From: Clostridia bacterium
Lineage (GTDB): Bacteria > Bacillota > Clostridia > UMGS1840
Assembly: GCA_045541975.1 (NCBI GenBank)
Contig: JAZQKB010000015.1
Location: 27,773 to 91,772, forward strand
Direction of reading: 5' to 3'
DNA: 64,000 nt
Shown piece by piece: positions 27,499 to 36,232 of the stretch (the first letter of the stretch is position 1; every line of letters begins with the position of its first letter). Under the pieces are notes generated by a model. That model worked only from the letters and a program-made list of their open reading frames with translations. It ran no database searches and was not told where the DNA came from. The translations under genes and the position numbers were made by a program.

Positions 27499-28638
27499 TT
27501 ATCTTCTGCTTAATTTTTCATAGCATTCGTTATACCATAATGCATTTTCAACCGGTGTGTTGGACGGAATATGATTGCCAACTGCCATAAAGAAACCGGG
27601 ACAGTTCTTGCCGATGTCCATACATCTTTTCACTTCATTGAAAATGTCATCCTTGCTGCCGCGAAGCAAAACATTGGTATCGGCATTTCCAATAAAGCAA
27701 TGTGTTTTTCCGTATTTTTCTGCAATGTATTTCATATCGGTCAGAGGTTCCATAATAAAACCGTTCACGCCGCAAGCTGCAATATCATCCACAAACTGAG
27801 TGTAATCCCCATCGCTGCAGAAAACAATTTTTTTGCCGGCTTCCCGAATGGGTGCAAAATAGTTTTTGTAGTTGGGAAATACAAATTTTCTGTACCAGTC
27901 CGGATGCACAAAAGCACCCTGAGTCCAAACAATATCATCGTGAATCAGAATCACAGGAGCGTCACACTTTGCCAGAGCATTGTAATACTGCTGCATCCAT
28001 TTTGCGTATCGGTTGGCGGTTTCTCCGAAGGCCTCTGCATCAATACCCAATGCCATCAGTAAGTTATCCCAACCGAAAATTTCCAGTAAGCCGGAAACCA
28101 ACGAAATATAGGTGCCCACCGGATTTACTACATCAGAATTCATTTCACAACCGTTATGATACAGTTTGTTGAAAAAAGCTACCAATTCGGACTCGCTTTT
28201 GGTGCCGTACACCTCAGCAGGCTGGAAATCATAGGCTTCCTCGGGATCCCCAAAAGGAGAGGATTGTTCCGTGTCAAAATCCACACCGCCGGCTGCATAG
28301 GATGCATGCCCCATTTTGGTTCTGCATTTGTCCAGCTCCTCCGGTCTGATACCGGTACGCCAAACGAAGCCATAATCCCAGGCTTTTTGAAAAGCAACTG
28401 ACGCCTGATCCTGCAAGATGGGATCACTTTTCGCATCTACCTTGATTCCTGTTACTTTTTCAACTAATTCCCAATGCCTTTCGGCTGAATATTCTATTCT
28501 GGGAACTTTATCGGTCATTTCTAAATTTAATGCTGCCATTCCGTTTTGATAAGACATGGTTTTTTCCGGCATCTTATAACCGACCTGTATACCGTCTGCT
28601 AAAAGATACCTTACTCCTTTCTGTGAAGCTTTCAACAT
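27499..28638 (-). CDS. Uroporphyrinogen decarboxylase (URO-D)-family protein (MtaA/HemE-like fold, function unknown in this context)
   Basis: 379 aa. The C-terminal half 'KIVFCSDGDYTQFVDDIAACGVNGFIMEP..GNADTNVLL' resembles URO-D family members. The start is uncertain: alternative Mets lie at 28572 and 28557, and none has a strong RBS. Confidence 0.5.
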   Translation of the reverse strand: MLKASQKGVRYLLADGIQVGYKMPEKTMSYQNGMAALNLEMTDKVPRIEYSAERHWELVEKVTGIKVDAKSDPILQDQASVAFQKAWDYGFVWRTGIRPEELDKCRTKMGHASYAAGGVDFDTEQSSPFGDPEEAYDFQPAEVYGTKSESELVAFFNKLYHNGCEMNSDVVNPVGTYISLVSGLLEIFGWDNLLMALGIDAEAFGETANRYAKWMQQYYNALAKCDAPVILIHDDIVWTQGAFVHPDWYRKFVFPNYKNYFAPIREAGKKIVFCSDGDYTQFVDDIAACGVNGFIMEPLTDMKYIAEKYGKTHCFIGNADTNVLLRGSKDDIFNEVKRCMDIGKNCPGFFMAVGNHIPSNTPVENALWYNECYEKLSRR

Positions 28639-28715
28639 GTTTGCTTTATACTATCATATCATTTTATGTCATTACTGTATTGCAAAATTTCATGATATTT
28701 TGTAATATTTTACAC

Positions 28716-29954
28716 TTATTTTTTAATCTTCGCTTTTGCCACTCTTACGCCAAAAGAAGCGGCATAGGGATGAGCGGTCAGGTTTACGCAGAACATTCCT
28801 TTTCCTTGAATAAAGTCCAGCTCTTCGCCGTTGTCCATCCATTGTACCGATTCAATTTCGTCGGTGACGCCATTAAAAGAGAAGCTTCCGGAATATTTTC
28901 CGCCAACGGTAACATTGATGTTGCCAAAATTCCCCAGATCATAAGCAAAGATATAAAGATAATCCTCGTTCACACTTTTTAGAATGAAGTTTTTGGTCAT
29001 GGTTTTATATACATAGGGTCTGCCGTTATAAATCGCTTCCCCAAAAATGTCCATCCATTCTCCAATCAGTCTGAACGCTGCTTCCTGGTAATAGTGAGGT
29101 TTCCCCTGAGCTTCCGGGCCCAGATTCAAAACATAATTTGCGCCCACTTTTCTGCAATTACATAAGTTTTCAATAATGGTTGCAGGTGCTTTATAACGGA
29201 AATCGCCATAACCAAGACCCCAATGGTCGTTCATAGTCTGACAGCTTTCTGCTGCCAGGTATTTTCCGTTGTATTCTCGCTGCACAGGTTCTGCCAGACC
29301 GTTTTCAAAGGTTAAAGAATCCAGCTCCGGATGTCCGGTTCTGCCTCGTGCACTCATACCGGAATTATTGATAATCATCGCTTCCGGCTGATATTTTCTG
29401 ATGGTGCCGTAGAGTTCATCTTCTCTCCAGTCAGCATCACGCTTTGCCCAGATGCCATCAAACCAGAAACCGCCAATTTCTCCGTAATTCTTACATAAAA
29501 TTTCCACACTTGCAATCAGGTAATCCAAGTATTTGTGAAAGTCTTCCTGATAGTCTTTCTGATACCAGTCAATTAATGTGTGGTACAAAAACGGTACCAC
29601 GTCATACTTTCTGCAGGCATCCACGAATTCTCTTACCAGGTCTCTCTTGGCAGGAGAATGCACAGAATCAAAATCACTTAAGCCACAGGTATCATATAAG
29701 GAAAAGCCATCGTGATGACGGGTCGTCAGAATCATGTATTTACAGCCGGCTTTTTTTGCAAGCTGCACCAGTTGTTCTGCGTCAAAATCTTCTGCAGTAA
29801 AAGTATCCTTCAGCTTTTTGTATTCTTCCATATCGTACTTATAAACATCATATGCCCATTCACCAAGGCAGGGTTGTGAATACAATCCCCAATGAATAAA
29901 CATCCCAAATCCCAACTGGTCAAATTTTAAAATCCTTTTTGCAATTTCTGCCAT
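28716..29954 (-). CDS. GH29 alpha-L-fucosidase with no signal peptide
   Basis: 412 aa. GH29 hallmarks: 'FGMFIHWGLYS' and 'ILTTRHHDGFSLYDT'. Confidence 0.85.
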   Translation of the reverse strand: MAEIAKRILKFDQLGFGMFIHWGLYSQPCLGEWAYDVYKYDMEEYKKLKDTFTAEDFDAEQLVQLAKKAGCKYMILTTRHHDGFSLYDTCGLSDFDSVHSPAKRDLVREFVDACRKYDVVPFLYHTLIDWYQKDYQEDFHKYLDYLIASVEILCKNYGEIGGFWFDGIWAKRDADWREDELYGTIRKYQPEAMIINNSGMSARGRTGHPELDSLTFENGLAEPVQREYNGKYLAAESCQTMNDHWGLGYGDFRYKAPATIIENLCNCRKVGANYVLNLGPEAQGKPHYYQEAAFRLIGEWMDIFGEAIYNGRPYVYKTMTKNFILKSVNEDYLYIFAYDLGNFGNINVTVGGKYSGSFSFNGVTDEIESVQWMDNGEELDFIQGKGMFCVNLTAHPYAASFGVRVAKAKIKK

Positions 29955-30312
29955 AGCCTGCGTCTCCTATCTTTATAATCTTATAAGTGGAATAGTTTCG
30001 TTATAGTTTACTTTATTTGACAAGTTCAGTATACATCAACCAAAATATCAAGTCAAGGGATTTACCCGTTAAATTTATCCCGTTCTTTCCAACGTTTAAT
30101 TTATCCTCAAAAAAAACTGTAAAACATAGTAACTGTGCGGAAAACAGTGCCCAGATAGTCTCTCGGTTTTATTTTTCGGAAGAGAATATAACAAGTAAAT
30201 TTTTAATCGGAATTTCCCCATCTTTTCTCCTGTTTTTCTTGCAAAAAGTAATAAATTGTGCTATATTTAAAGAGCACATTCTGATGCATCAAAAACGAAA
30301 GGAGATGCCATT

Positions 30313-31188
30313 GTGTACAAAATTGCAATTTTAGGATGCGAAAACTCTCACGCAGATATCTTTATGGAGTTTATCAGAACAGACAAACAGTTTTCAGATG
30401 TTGAAGTGATAGGAGCCTACAGCGACGAACCCCAAAGCATGGAAAACTTTGCGTCAAAGTACGGTGTCCAGAGTATGTTATCTCCCGATGAACTGGCAGG
30501 AAAAGTTGACGGTGTGATGGTAACTGCACGCCACGGTGACAGTCATTTAAACCTTTTAAAACCATATTTATCTTCAGGGATTCCTATTTTTGTTGATAAA
30601 CCTATTACCATATCAATCGAAGATGCAAAAGAGTTAAGATCATTACTTCAAAAATACAAAAACAGTTTTACCGGCGGTTCCGTTTTAAAATACTGTGATG
30701 AAATAAAAGAATTAAAAAATTCAATCGTCTCTGCTGCCTCTGACGAAAAAATTATCGGCGGTCTTGTAAAAGCTCCTCTAATACGCAATTCCGAACATGG
30801 TGGCATCTACTTTTATGCTCCTCACCTCATAGAAATCCTTTGTGAAGTTTTCGGCAGATTCCCCAAAAGTGTTATCAGTACGAAAAACGACACCTGTATA
30901 ACTTCCGTCTTCCGCTACGACACATATGATATTACTGCCGTGTTTACGGAAATGAACGTTTCCAGAAACTATTTTGTGTTGCGTATCGGAACCGATAACT
31001 GCTATCCCAAAGATATTAAATTGGAAGACAAGCATTTCAAAGAAGAGTTTGAGCATTTTTACCGGTTATTAAAAACCAAAGAATATGACGAAAATATAAA
31101 AGATTTTTTTGCTCCCGTTTATATTTTAGAAGCATTAGACCGTTCCTTACAAAGTGAAAAAGAAGAAAAAATAATATGGGACTTATAA
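30313..31188 (+). CDS. Gfo/Idh/MocA-like oxidoreductase
   Basis: 291 aa with a GTG start. AAAGGAG lies 8 nt upstream. The N-terminal dinucleotide-binding pattern is 'KIAILGCENSHADIF'. Confidence 0.5.
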   Translation: MYKIAILGCENSHADIFMEFIRTDKQFSDVEVIGAYSDEPQSMENFASKYGVQSMLSPDELAGKVDGVMVTARHGDSHLNLLKPYLSSGIPIFVDKPITISIEDAKELRSLLQKYKNSFTGGSVLKYCDEIKELKNSIVSAASDEKIIGGLVKAPLIRNSEHGGIYFYAPHLIEILCEVFGRFPKSVISTKNDTCITSVFRYDTYDITAVFTEMNVSRNYFVLRIGTDNCYPKDIKLEDKHFKEEFEHFYRLLKTKEYDENIKDFFAPVYILEALDRSLQSEKEEKIIWDL

Positions 31189-31265
31189 GATAAAAGATAG
31201 ATGTCAAATAGGTGTCAAATCAGAAAAAAATAAAGAAACCGGTGAGAATTAAGCACAACAAAAAA

Positions 31266-31297
31266 GCCTTGAAAACTTAGTGTTTTCAAGGCTTTTT
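31266..31297. terminator. Bidirectional hairpin terminator (ends the + oxidoreductase gene and the minus-strand tRNA operon)
   Basis: aaaaaGCCTTGAAAAC-ttagt-GTTTTCAAGGCttttt. Confidence 0.75.
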
Positions 31298-31300
31298 ATT

Positions 31301-31376
31301 TGGTGAGCCATCGGCGATTCGAACGCCGGACAACTTGATTAAAAGTCAAGTGCTCTACCGACTGAGCTAATGGCCC
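31301..31376 (-). tRNA. tRNA-Lys (anticodon UUU), CCA encoded
   Basis: The reverse complement, gggccattagctcagtcggtagagcacttgaCTTTTAAtcaag..tcgaatcgccgatggctcacca, folds as a cloverleaf. The anticodon loop is CT-TTT-AA. Confidence 0.9.
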
Positions 31377-31382
31377 ATATAT

Positions 31383-31458
31383 TGGCTGGGATAGCTGGAC
31401 TCGAACCAGCGAATGCAGGAGTCAAAGTCCTGTGCCTTACCGACTTGGCGATATCCCA
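31383..31458 (-). tRNA. tRNA-Gln (anticodon UUG), CCA encoded
   Basis: The reverse complement reads tgggatatcgccaagtcggtaaggcacaggaCTTTGACtcctg..ttcgagtccagctatcccagcca. The 7-bp acceptor stem is TGGGATA/TATCCCA. Confidence 0.9.
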
Positions 31459-31476
31459 TCATATCATAAAATATAA

Positions 31477-31554
31477 TGGGGTGGATAATCGGATTCGAAC
31501 CGATGACCCCCAGAGCCACAATCTGGTGCTCTAACCAACTGAGCTATACCCACC
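31477..31554 (-). tRNA. tRNA-His (anticodon GUG) with G-1, CCA encoded
   Basis: The reverse complement reads ggtgggtatagctcagttggttagagcaccagaTTGTGGCtctgg..ttcgaatccgattatccacccca. The extra 5' G pairs with discriminator C. Confidence 0.9.
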
Positions 31555-31567
31555 GTAAGAAATAAAG

Positions 31568-31644
31568 TGGCGCGCCTGAAGAGATTCGAACTCCTGGCCT
31601 ACTGCTTAGAAGGCAGTTGCTCTATCCGGCTGAGCTACAGGCGC
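31568..31644 (-). tRNA. tRNA-Arg (anticodon UCU), CCA encoded
   Basis: The reverse complement reads gcgcctgtagctcagccggatagagcaactgcCTTCTAAgcagt..ttcgaatctcttcaggcgcgcca. Confidence 0.9.
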
Positions 31645-31652
31645 ATAAATAA

Positions 31653-31726
31653 TGGAGCGGGTGATGGGAATCGAACCCACACAATCAGCTTGGAAGGCTG
31701 AGATTCTACCATTGAACTACACCCGC
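31653..31726 (-). tRNA. tRNA-Gly (anticodon UCC), CCA encoded
   Basis: The reverse complement reads gcgggtgtagttcaatggtagaatctcagcCTTCCAAgctga..ttcgattcccatcacccgctcca. Confidence 0.9.
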
Positions 31727-31802
31727 ATCGGATACAACATTAAGTTGGATTCAAGCATCGGGCAGCCTACATTCACTGTTTAGACCCCTTAAGTGCTTGA
31801 CT

Positions 31803-31831
31803 ATTATATCAAACAATTTTCGATTTGTCAA
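31803..31831 (-). promoter_or_regulatory. Consensus sigma-A promoter of the tRNA operon
   Basis: On the minus strand: TTGACA (31831..31826), a 17-nt spacer, then TATAAT (31808..31803). It lies ~70 nt upstream of tRNA-Gly. Confidence 0.7.
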
Positions 31832-31959
31832 TACTTTTTTTGGATTTTTTGGAATTTTTTTTAAAATATCTTAAAATTGCTAAAAAACAAGACAAAACAA
31901 GGAAGATTGCACCTTTTTCGATAGCCGGCTTCGTCTGATTCTAACCAAATTTTAAAAAT

Positions 31960-32718
31960 TTATAACCGCACCGGGATTCCTTTTTCTTTCATTGTTTCTT
32001 TCACCTGACGGATGGTTAATTCTTTAAAATGGAATAGCGATGCTGCCAGCACTGCATCAGCGTGTCCTTCCAATACCGCGTCAGAAAAATGAGACAATGC
32101 TCCTGCACCGCCGGAAGCAATCACCGGAATTTTTAAGGCATCAGAAACCTGACGGGTTAATTCTAAATCGTAGCCTGCTTTGGTTCCGTCTGCATCCATA
32201 CTGGTGAGTAAGATTTCACCTGCGCCAAGCTGTTCGCAACGGATTGCCCATTCGATAGCATCTATTCCCGTATCATTTCTTCCCCCGTGGGTAAAAATAT
32301 TGAAGCCTCCGTCTACACGGCGTTTAGCATCAATGGCAACCACCACACACTGAGAGCCGAATTTTTCTGCTGCTTCGGTGATAAGCGTGGGATTATGGAT
32401 TGCCGCTGTATTCACAGAAACCTTGTCTGCCCCTGCTAACAGCAACTCACGAAAATCTTCCGCTTTTCGGATTCCGCCACCAACGGTGAAGGGGATGAAC
32501 ACATTTTCTGCCACACTTCTCACCATATCCACGGTGGTTTTCCGATTGTCGGAAGATGCGGTGATATCCAAAAACACCAGCTCGTCTGCCCCCTCTTTGT
32601 CGTAGGCACGGGCACACTCTACAGGGTCGCCTGCATCAATTAAATTTACAAAGTTTACTCCCTTAACCACTCTGCCGTTTGCCACGTCCAGGCAAGGGAT
32701 GACACGTTTTGTCAGCAT
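31960..32718 (-). CDS. hisF: Imidazole glycerol phosphate synthase cyclase subunit
   Basis: 252 aa. '[46 protein letters not shown]..' and '..IASGGAG..' are canonical HisF. Confidence 0.9.
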   Translation of the reverse strand: MLTKRVIPCLDVANGRVVKGVNFVNLIDAGDPVECARAYDKEGADELVFLDITASSDNRKTTVDMVRSVAENVFIPFTVGGGIRKAEDFRELLLAGADKVSVNTAAIHNPTLITEAAEKFGSQCVVVAIDAKRRVDGGFNIFTHGGRNDTGIDAIEWAIRCEQLGAGEILLTSMDADGTKAGYDLELTRQVSDALKIPVIASGGAGALSHFSDAVLEGHADAVLAASLFHFKELTIRQVKETMKEKGIPVRL

Positions 32719-32731
32719 AATTTTCTACCTC

Positions 32732-33271
32732 TTACTGTTGGGATAAATAACGGGAAAGTTTTAAGATTGCAGCCACGGTTTTAGCATCCTTGATTTCGTT
32801 TTGGTCAACCAATTGAAGAAGCTCCTCCAAGGTGAAAAACTCCACATCTAAAAATTCGTCATCATCCAAGTGCTGTTGTCCTTTGGTCAAACCCTTAGCA
32901 TAGTAAATATGCAAGGCTTCGGTTAAAAAACCAACGGAGGGATACAACGCCCCAAAATAAACATATTCTTTGGCAGAAAAACCGGTTTCTTCCAAAAATT
33001 CCCGCTTGCCACATTCCAAGTGGTCTTCCCCGTAGTTTAATTTTCCTGCAGGAACTTCTAAAAGCACCCTGCCAAAGGGAGCACGGAACTGACGCACCAT
33101 AGGAATTTTGCCGTCATCAGTCATACCAATCACACAAACACCGCCGGGATGCTCCACAATTTCACGGCTTGCCAAACTACCGTCTTCTAATTCCACGGTA
33201 TCCTCCCGCAAATTGATGATTCTGCCTTGAAAATGCAGTTTACTATCTACAGTTTTTTCGGTTAATTTCAT
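32732..33271 (-). CDS. Nudix hydrolase (ADP-ribose pyrophosphatase-like)
   Basis: 179 aa. The Nudix box is 'GKLNYGEDHLECGKREFLEETG'. Confidence 0.8.
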   Translation of the reverse strand: MKLTEKTVDSKLHFQGRIINLREDTVELEDGSLASREIVEHPGGVCVIGMTDDGKIPMVRQFRAPFGRVLLEVPAGKLNYGEDHLECGKREFLEETGFSAKEYVYFGALYPSVGFLTEALHIYYAKGLTKGQQHLDDDEFLDVEFFTLEELLQLVDQNEIKDAKTVAAILKLSRYLSQQ

Positions 33272-34140
33272 TTAAAAAACTCCTTTTTCACCAGAACCAC
33301 CCGTTCCACTCCAAAATAGTCGGAAATGATTTCAGGTTTTCCCAAAGCGGAAAATATCTCTGCCACCAAAAGATGCTGGTTGATGCCAACCTCTGCCGCA
33401 AGGATTCCCCCATCAGCAAGAGATTCCTTTGCCAAAGAAACCAAACGACGGTAAAACAGCAGGCCGTCACCACCGTCGGTTAATGCCATATGGGGTTCAT
33501 AGTCCACCACGTCGGTCATTAAATATTCCATATCAGACAGGGGGATATAAGGCGGATTAGACACGATAACATCGTAGGTTTCGGGTAAGGTTTCTGCTAA
33601 AATATCTTTTTGAACGATATTCACCTTTGCTCCCAAAACTTCCGCATTTTGTTTGGAAATGGTAACTGCTTCATTGGACAGCTCATATAAATCTACGGGA
33701 TTTCCCGATTCCAACGCCAAAGTAATGCCGATGCAACCGGAACCGGAACATAAATCCGCTATTTTTTTAGTTTCTTTCGGTTTCTTTGGTAATTTCTCCA
33801 ACACCGCCGAAACTAAATTTTCTGTTTCGGGACGGGGAATTAAAACCCCTTCTCCAACGTGAAAATTACGGGAAAAAAATTCTTTTTTTCCCGTAATATA
33901 GGACAATGGTTTTCCCTCTTTTCGTTCGTTCACCAAACGAAAATACTCCTCCCGGATATCCTCAGCAGAATCGCCAAGATATAAGGGAAGCTTCCCGAAC
34001 TCAATTTGTAATAAATGTTCTAAAATGGCACGGGCATCCGTTTTGGGAGATTCCCCTCCCGAAAGTAATGAAATACCCTGCTCATATAATTCTTTCACTG
34101 TCATTTTTATACTGTTACCACTTGGTAGACTCGGTTTCAT
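33268..34140 (-). CDS. prmC: Peptide chain release factor N5-glutamine methyltransferase
   Basis: SAM motif 'DLCSGSGCIG' and catalytic 'VSNPPY'. An alternative start, MTVKEL at 34104, would remove the 26-nt overlap with the upstream gene. Confidence 0.85.
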   Translation of the reverse strand: MKPSLPSGNSIKMTVKELYEQGISLLSGGESPKTDARAILEHLLQIEFGKLPLYLGDSAEDIREEYFRLVNERKEGKPLSYITGKKEFFSRNFHVGEGVLIPRPETENLVSAVLEKLPKKPKETKKIADLCSGSGCIGITLALESGNPVDLYELSNEAVTISKQNAEVLGAKVNIVQKDILAETLPETYDVIVSNPPYIPLSDMEYLMTDVVDYEPHMALTDGGDGLLFYRRLVSLAKESLADGGILAAEVGINQHLLVAEIFSALGKPEIISDYFGVERVVLVKKEFFK

Positions 34141-35068
34141 CTTCAGGCAGTACTGCCTTTAATGCGGTGATTGCTACTTCAATCATAGAATCGTCCGGCT
34201 CTCTGGTGGTAAAATGTTGGAGCCACACGCCGGGTTTAGAAAGCATTTTAGTAAACCAGTTGGAGCATTTGCCTGCGTATTTAATCAGTTCGTAGGAAAT
34301 TCCGGCAACTACCGGCAGAAGACCGATTCTCCAGAAAATTTTTCCCCAGAAATCGGTGGCAGGCACAAAGAAGAATACCACAATAGATACAATCATAACC
34401 AGTACCAAAAAGCTGGTACCGCAACGGGGATGAAAACGGGTATGTTTTTTGATATTTTCCACGGTTAATTCATCACCGTATTCAAAAGCGAAAATGGTTT
34501 TATGCTCTGCACCGTGATACTGGAACACTCTTTGCACATCCTTCACACGGGAAATCAGCAACATATAGCACACAAATAAAATCATACGGATAGCGCCCTC
34601 GATTAACACGGAGATGCTTTCATGTACCTGGGCACCTGCTAAACTGCTGACCCATTCCACGGTTAATTTGGGCAGAATCATAAAGAGTCCGATTCCAAGC
34701 ACTAAGGAAAAGAGCACCGAAATATACATAAGAATGTCAAACAGTTTATCGCCAAATTTTTCCATAACCCATTTTTCAAACTTGCTCATCTGCTCGGTGT
34801 CATCTTCCAAATCACATTCCTTGGCAGAAAACATCAGGCATTTTACTCCGGTAAACAAAGATTCAAAAAATGCCAAAAACCCTCTTAAAATCGGAATTTT
34901 ATTGAGTTTCCATTTGCGGATAAAGGACTTATCTTCCTTTTTGTCCACCAAAATACTGCCGTCTGACTTTCGGATGGCAGTTGCAAGACAGCCGGGGCCT
35001 TTCATCATAATCCCCTCGATGACCGCCTGTCCACCAATGGAGGTTGGGGTACATTTCTTTTGTTCCAT
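34115..35068 (-). CDS. DUF1385-family membrane protein (commonly found next to prmC)
   Basis: 317 aa. 'IGGQAVIEGIMMKGP' and 'YHGAEHKTI' are characteristic motifs, and it has several TM helices. Confidence 0.75.
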   Translation of the reverse strand: MEQKKCTPTSIGGQAVIEGIMMKGPGCLATAIRKSDGSILVDKKEDKSFIRKWKLNKIPILRGFLAFFESLFTGVKCLMFSAKECDLEDDTEQMSKFEKWVMEKFGDKLFDILMYISVLFSLVLGIGLFMILPKLTVEWVSSLAGAQVHESISVLIEGAIRMILFVCYMLLISRVKDVQRVFQYHGAEHKTIFAFEYGDELTVENIKKHTRFHPRCGTSFLVLVMIVSIVVFFFVPATDFWGKIFWRIGLLPVVAGISYELIKYAGKCSNWFTKMLSKPGVWLQHFTTREPDDSMIEVAITALKAVLPEDETESTKW

Positions 35069-35105
35069 ATCAAAAATCCTTTCTCATAACCGAAAGATAT
35101 AATGC

Positions 35106-35147
35106 AAAAAAATTGGTATTGGCAAGACAAACTCTCACCAATACCAA
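35106..35147 (-). terminator. Rho-independent terminator after the SdpI-like gene
   Basis: TTGGTATTGG (35113..35122) pairs with CCAATACCAA (35138..35147). On the minus strand the hairpin is followed by TTTTTTT (35112..35106). Confidence 0.7.
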
Positions 35148-35202
35148 TTATACAGTATCTTTGTGAAAAAATCAAGAATTTTTCGGTATTTTCGGGATAT
35201 TC

Positions 35203-35847
35203 TTATTTCTTACGATTTCTTGTGCCAATCACAATGCCATACACCACGCTGGCAATGGCAAAGGGAATGAGTAAAATAAGCCATACCACGGATGCCACAG
35301 GCGGTAAGAAGAGACTGATAATTCCCAAAATCCCCATAATAACCATCAGGCGCCCGATAAAGCGATTTATTTTTCTGGCTACTTGCGTTTCAAAATTATA
35401 ATGCTTCACATAGTCCAACTTAGGCTGATAATTTCCCATTACCAAAAACATGATACCAACCAACAGCATAACACACACACGGATATCAATTGCCCAACCC
35501 AGGCTGTAGCCTAAGGTAATTACCTGAAGCACAATGCACAGCACCGGAACAATCCATTTGACCACGTTTTCAAATTTTTTGCGTTCCCCGTGTTTTGCGG
35601 AATTAAAATCGGTAATCACACAGGAAATGGTCTGCAAAATTACCATCATCACCGGTAGACCAAACACCGCAAACCACTTGGGTGCAAAATTATCCGGCTT
35701 GTTATACATATCAAAATGGATGGCAATGTTTTCGGGCAAGCTGTTCCAGAGTGCCACTCCCAGCAAAATGGGAAGCAGGGTAATCAGACAACTGAACAAC
35801 AAAAACTTCCATTTGATAATTTTTTCTTTTTTAGTCCTTTTCATCAT
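35203..35847 (-). CDS. SdpI-family membrane protein (signal-transduction/immunity type)
   Basis: A polytopic membrane protein. The likely start is MMKRTKKEK at 35847, whose ATG overlaps the upstream TGA (ATGA). GGGAGGGAA RBS lies at 35851..35859. Confidence 0.65.
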   Translation of the reverse strand: MMKRTKKEKIIKWKFLLFSCLITLLPILLGVALWNSLPENIAIHFDMYNKPDNFAPKWFAVFGLPVMMVILQTISCVITDFNSAKHGERKKFENVVKWIVPVLCIVLQVITLGYSLGWAIDIRVCVMLLVGIMFLVMGNYQPKLDYVKHYNFETQVARKINRFIGRLMVIMGILGIISLFLPPVASVVWLILLIPFAIASVVYGIVIGTRNRKK

Positions 35848-36110
35848 TTCTTCCCTCCCAAACCATAAATCCAACTGAGTAATTCTTCAAACACAGAGGT
35901 ATTTAACTCATAATATATAAAATTTTTCTGCTTTTGTTCGCAGATTAAGTCTGCACTTTTTAGTTTTGACAGATGGTAGGAAACTGTTGCACCCGTCAAA
36001 TCAAAATGCTCGCCAATTTCTCCGGCAGACTTTCTGCCGTTCTTTAATAACTGCAGAATATCACGCCGAACCGGGTCAGATAACGCCTTCATGGTTTCGT
36101 TCATACCCAT
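35844..36110 (-). CDS. ArsR/SdpR-family winged-helix repressor
   Basis: 88 aa. The ArsR-type HTH reads 'LSDPVRRDILQLLKNGRKSAGEIGEHFDLTGATVSYHLSKLKSADLI'. Confidence 0.8.
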   Translation of the reverse strand: MGMNETMKALSDPVRRDILQLLKNGRKSAGEIGEHFDLTGATVSYHLSKLKSADLICEQKQKNFIYYELNTSVFEELLSWIYGLGGKK

Positions 36111-36137
36111 AAGCTGTACCTCACTTTTTGTTTTTTA

Positions 36138-36218
36138 CTATTTAGAATTTTATCTAAATAGATAATAGCATACTTTTTTTCATTTGTCAATACCTATTTA
36201 GAAAAAAATCTAAATAGG
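36138..36218 (-). promoter_or_regulatory. sdpR-like promoter bracketed by two near-identical palindromic operators
   Basis: On the minus strand: TTGACA (36190..36185), 17 nt, then TATTAT (36167..36162). Dyad A is CTATTTAGA-n6-TCTAAATAG (36138..36161). Dyad B is CCTATTTAGA-n6-TCTAAATAGG (36193..36218). Confidence 0.7.
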
Positions 36219-36232
36219 TAAAAATTCTCAAC

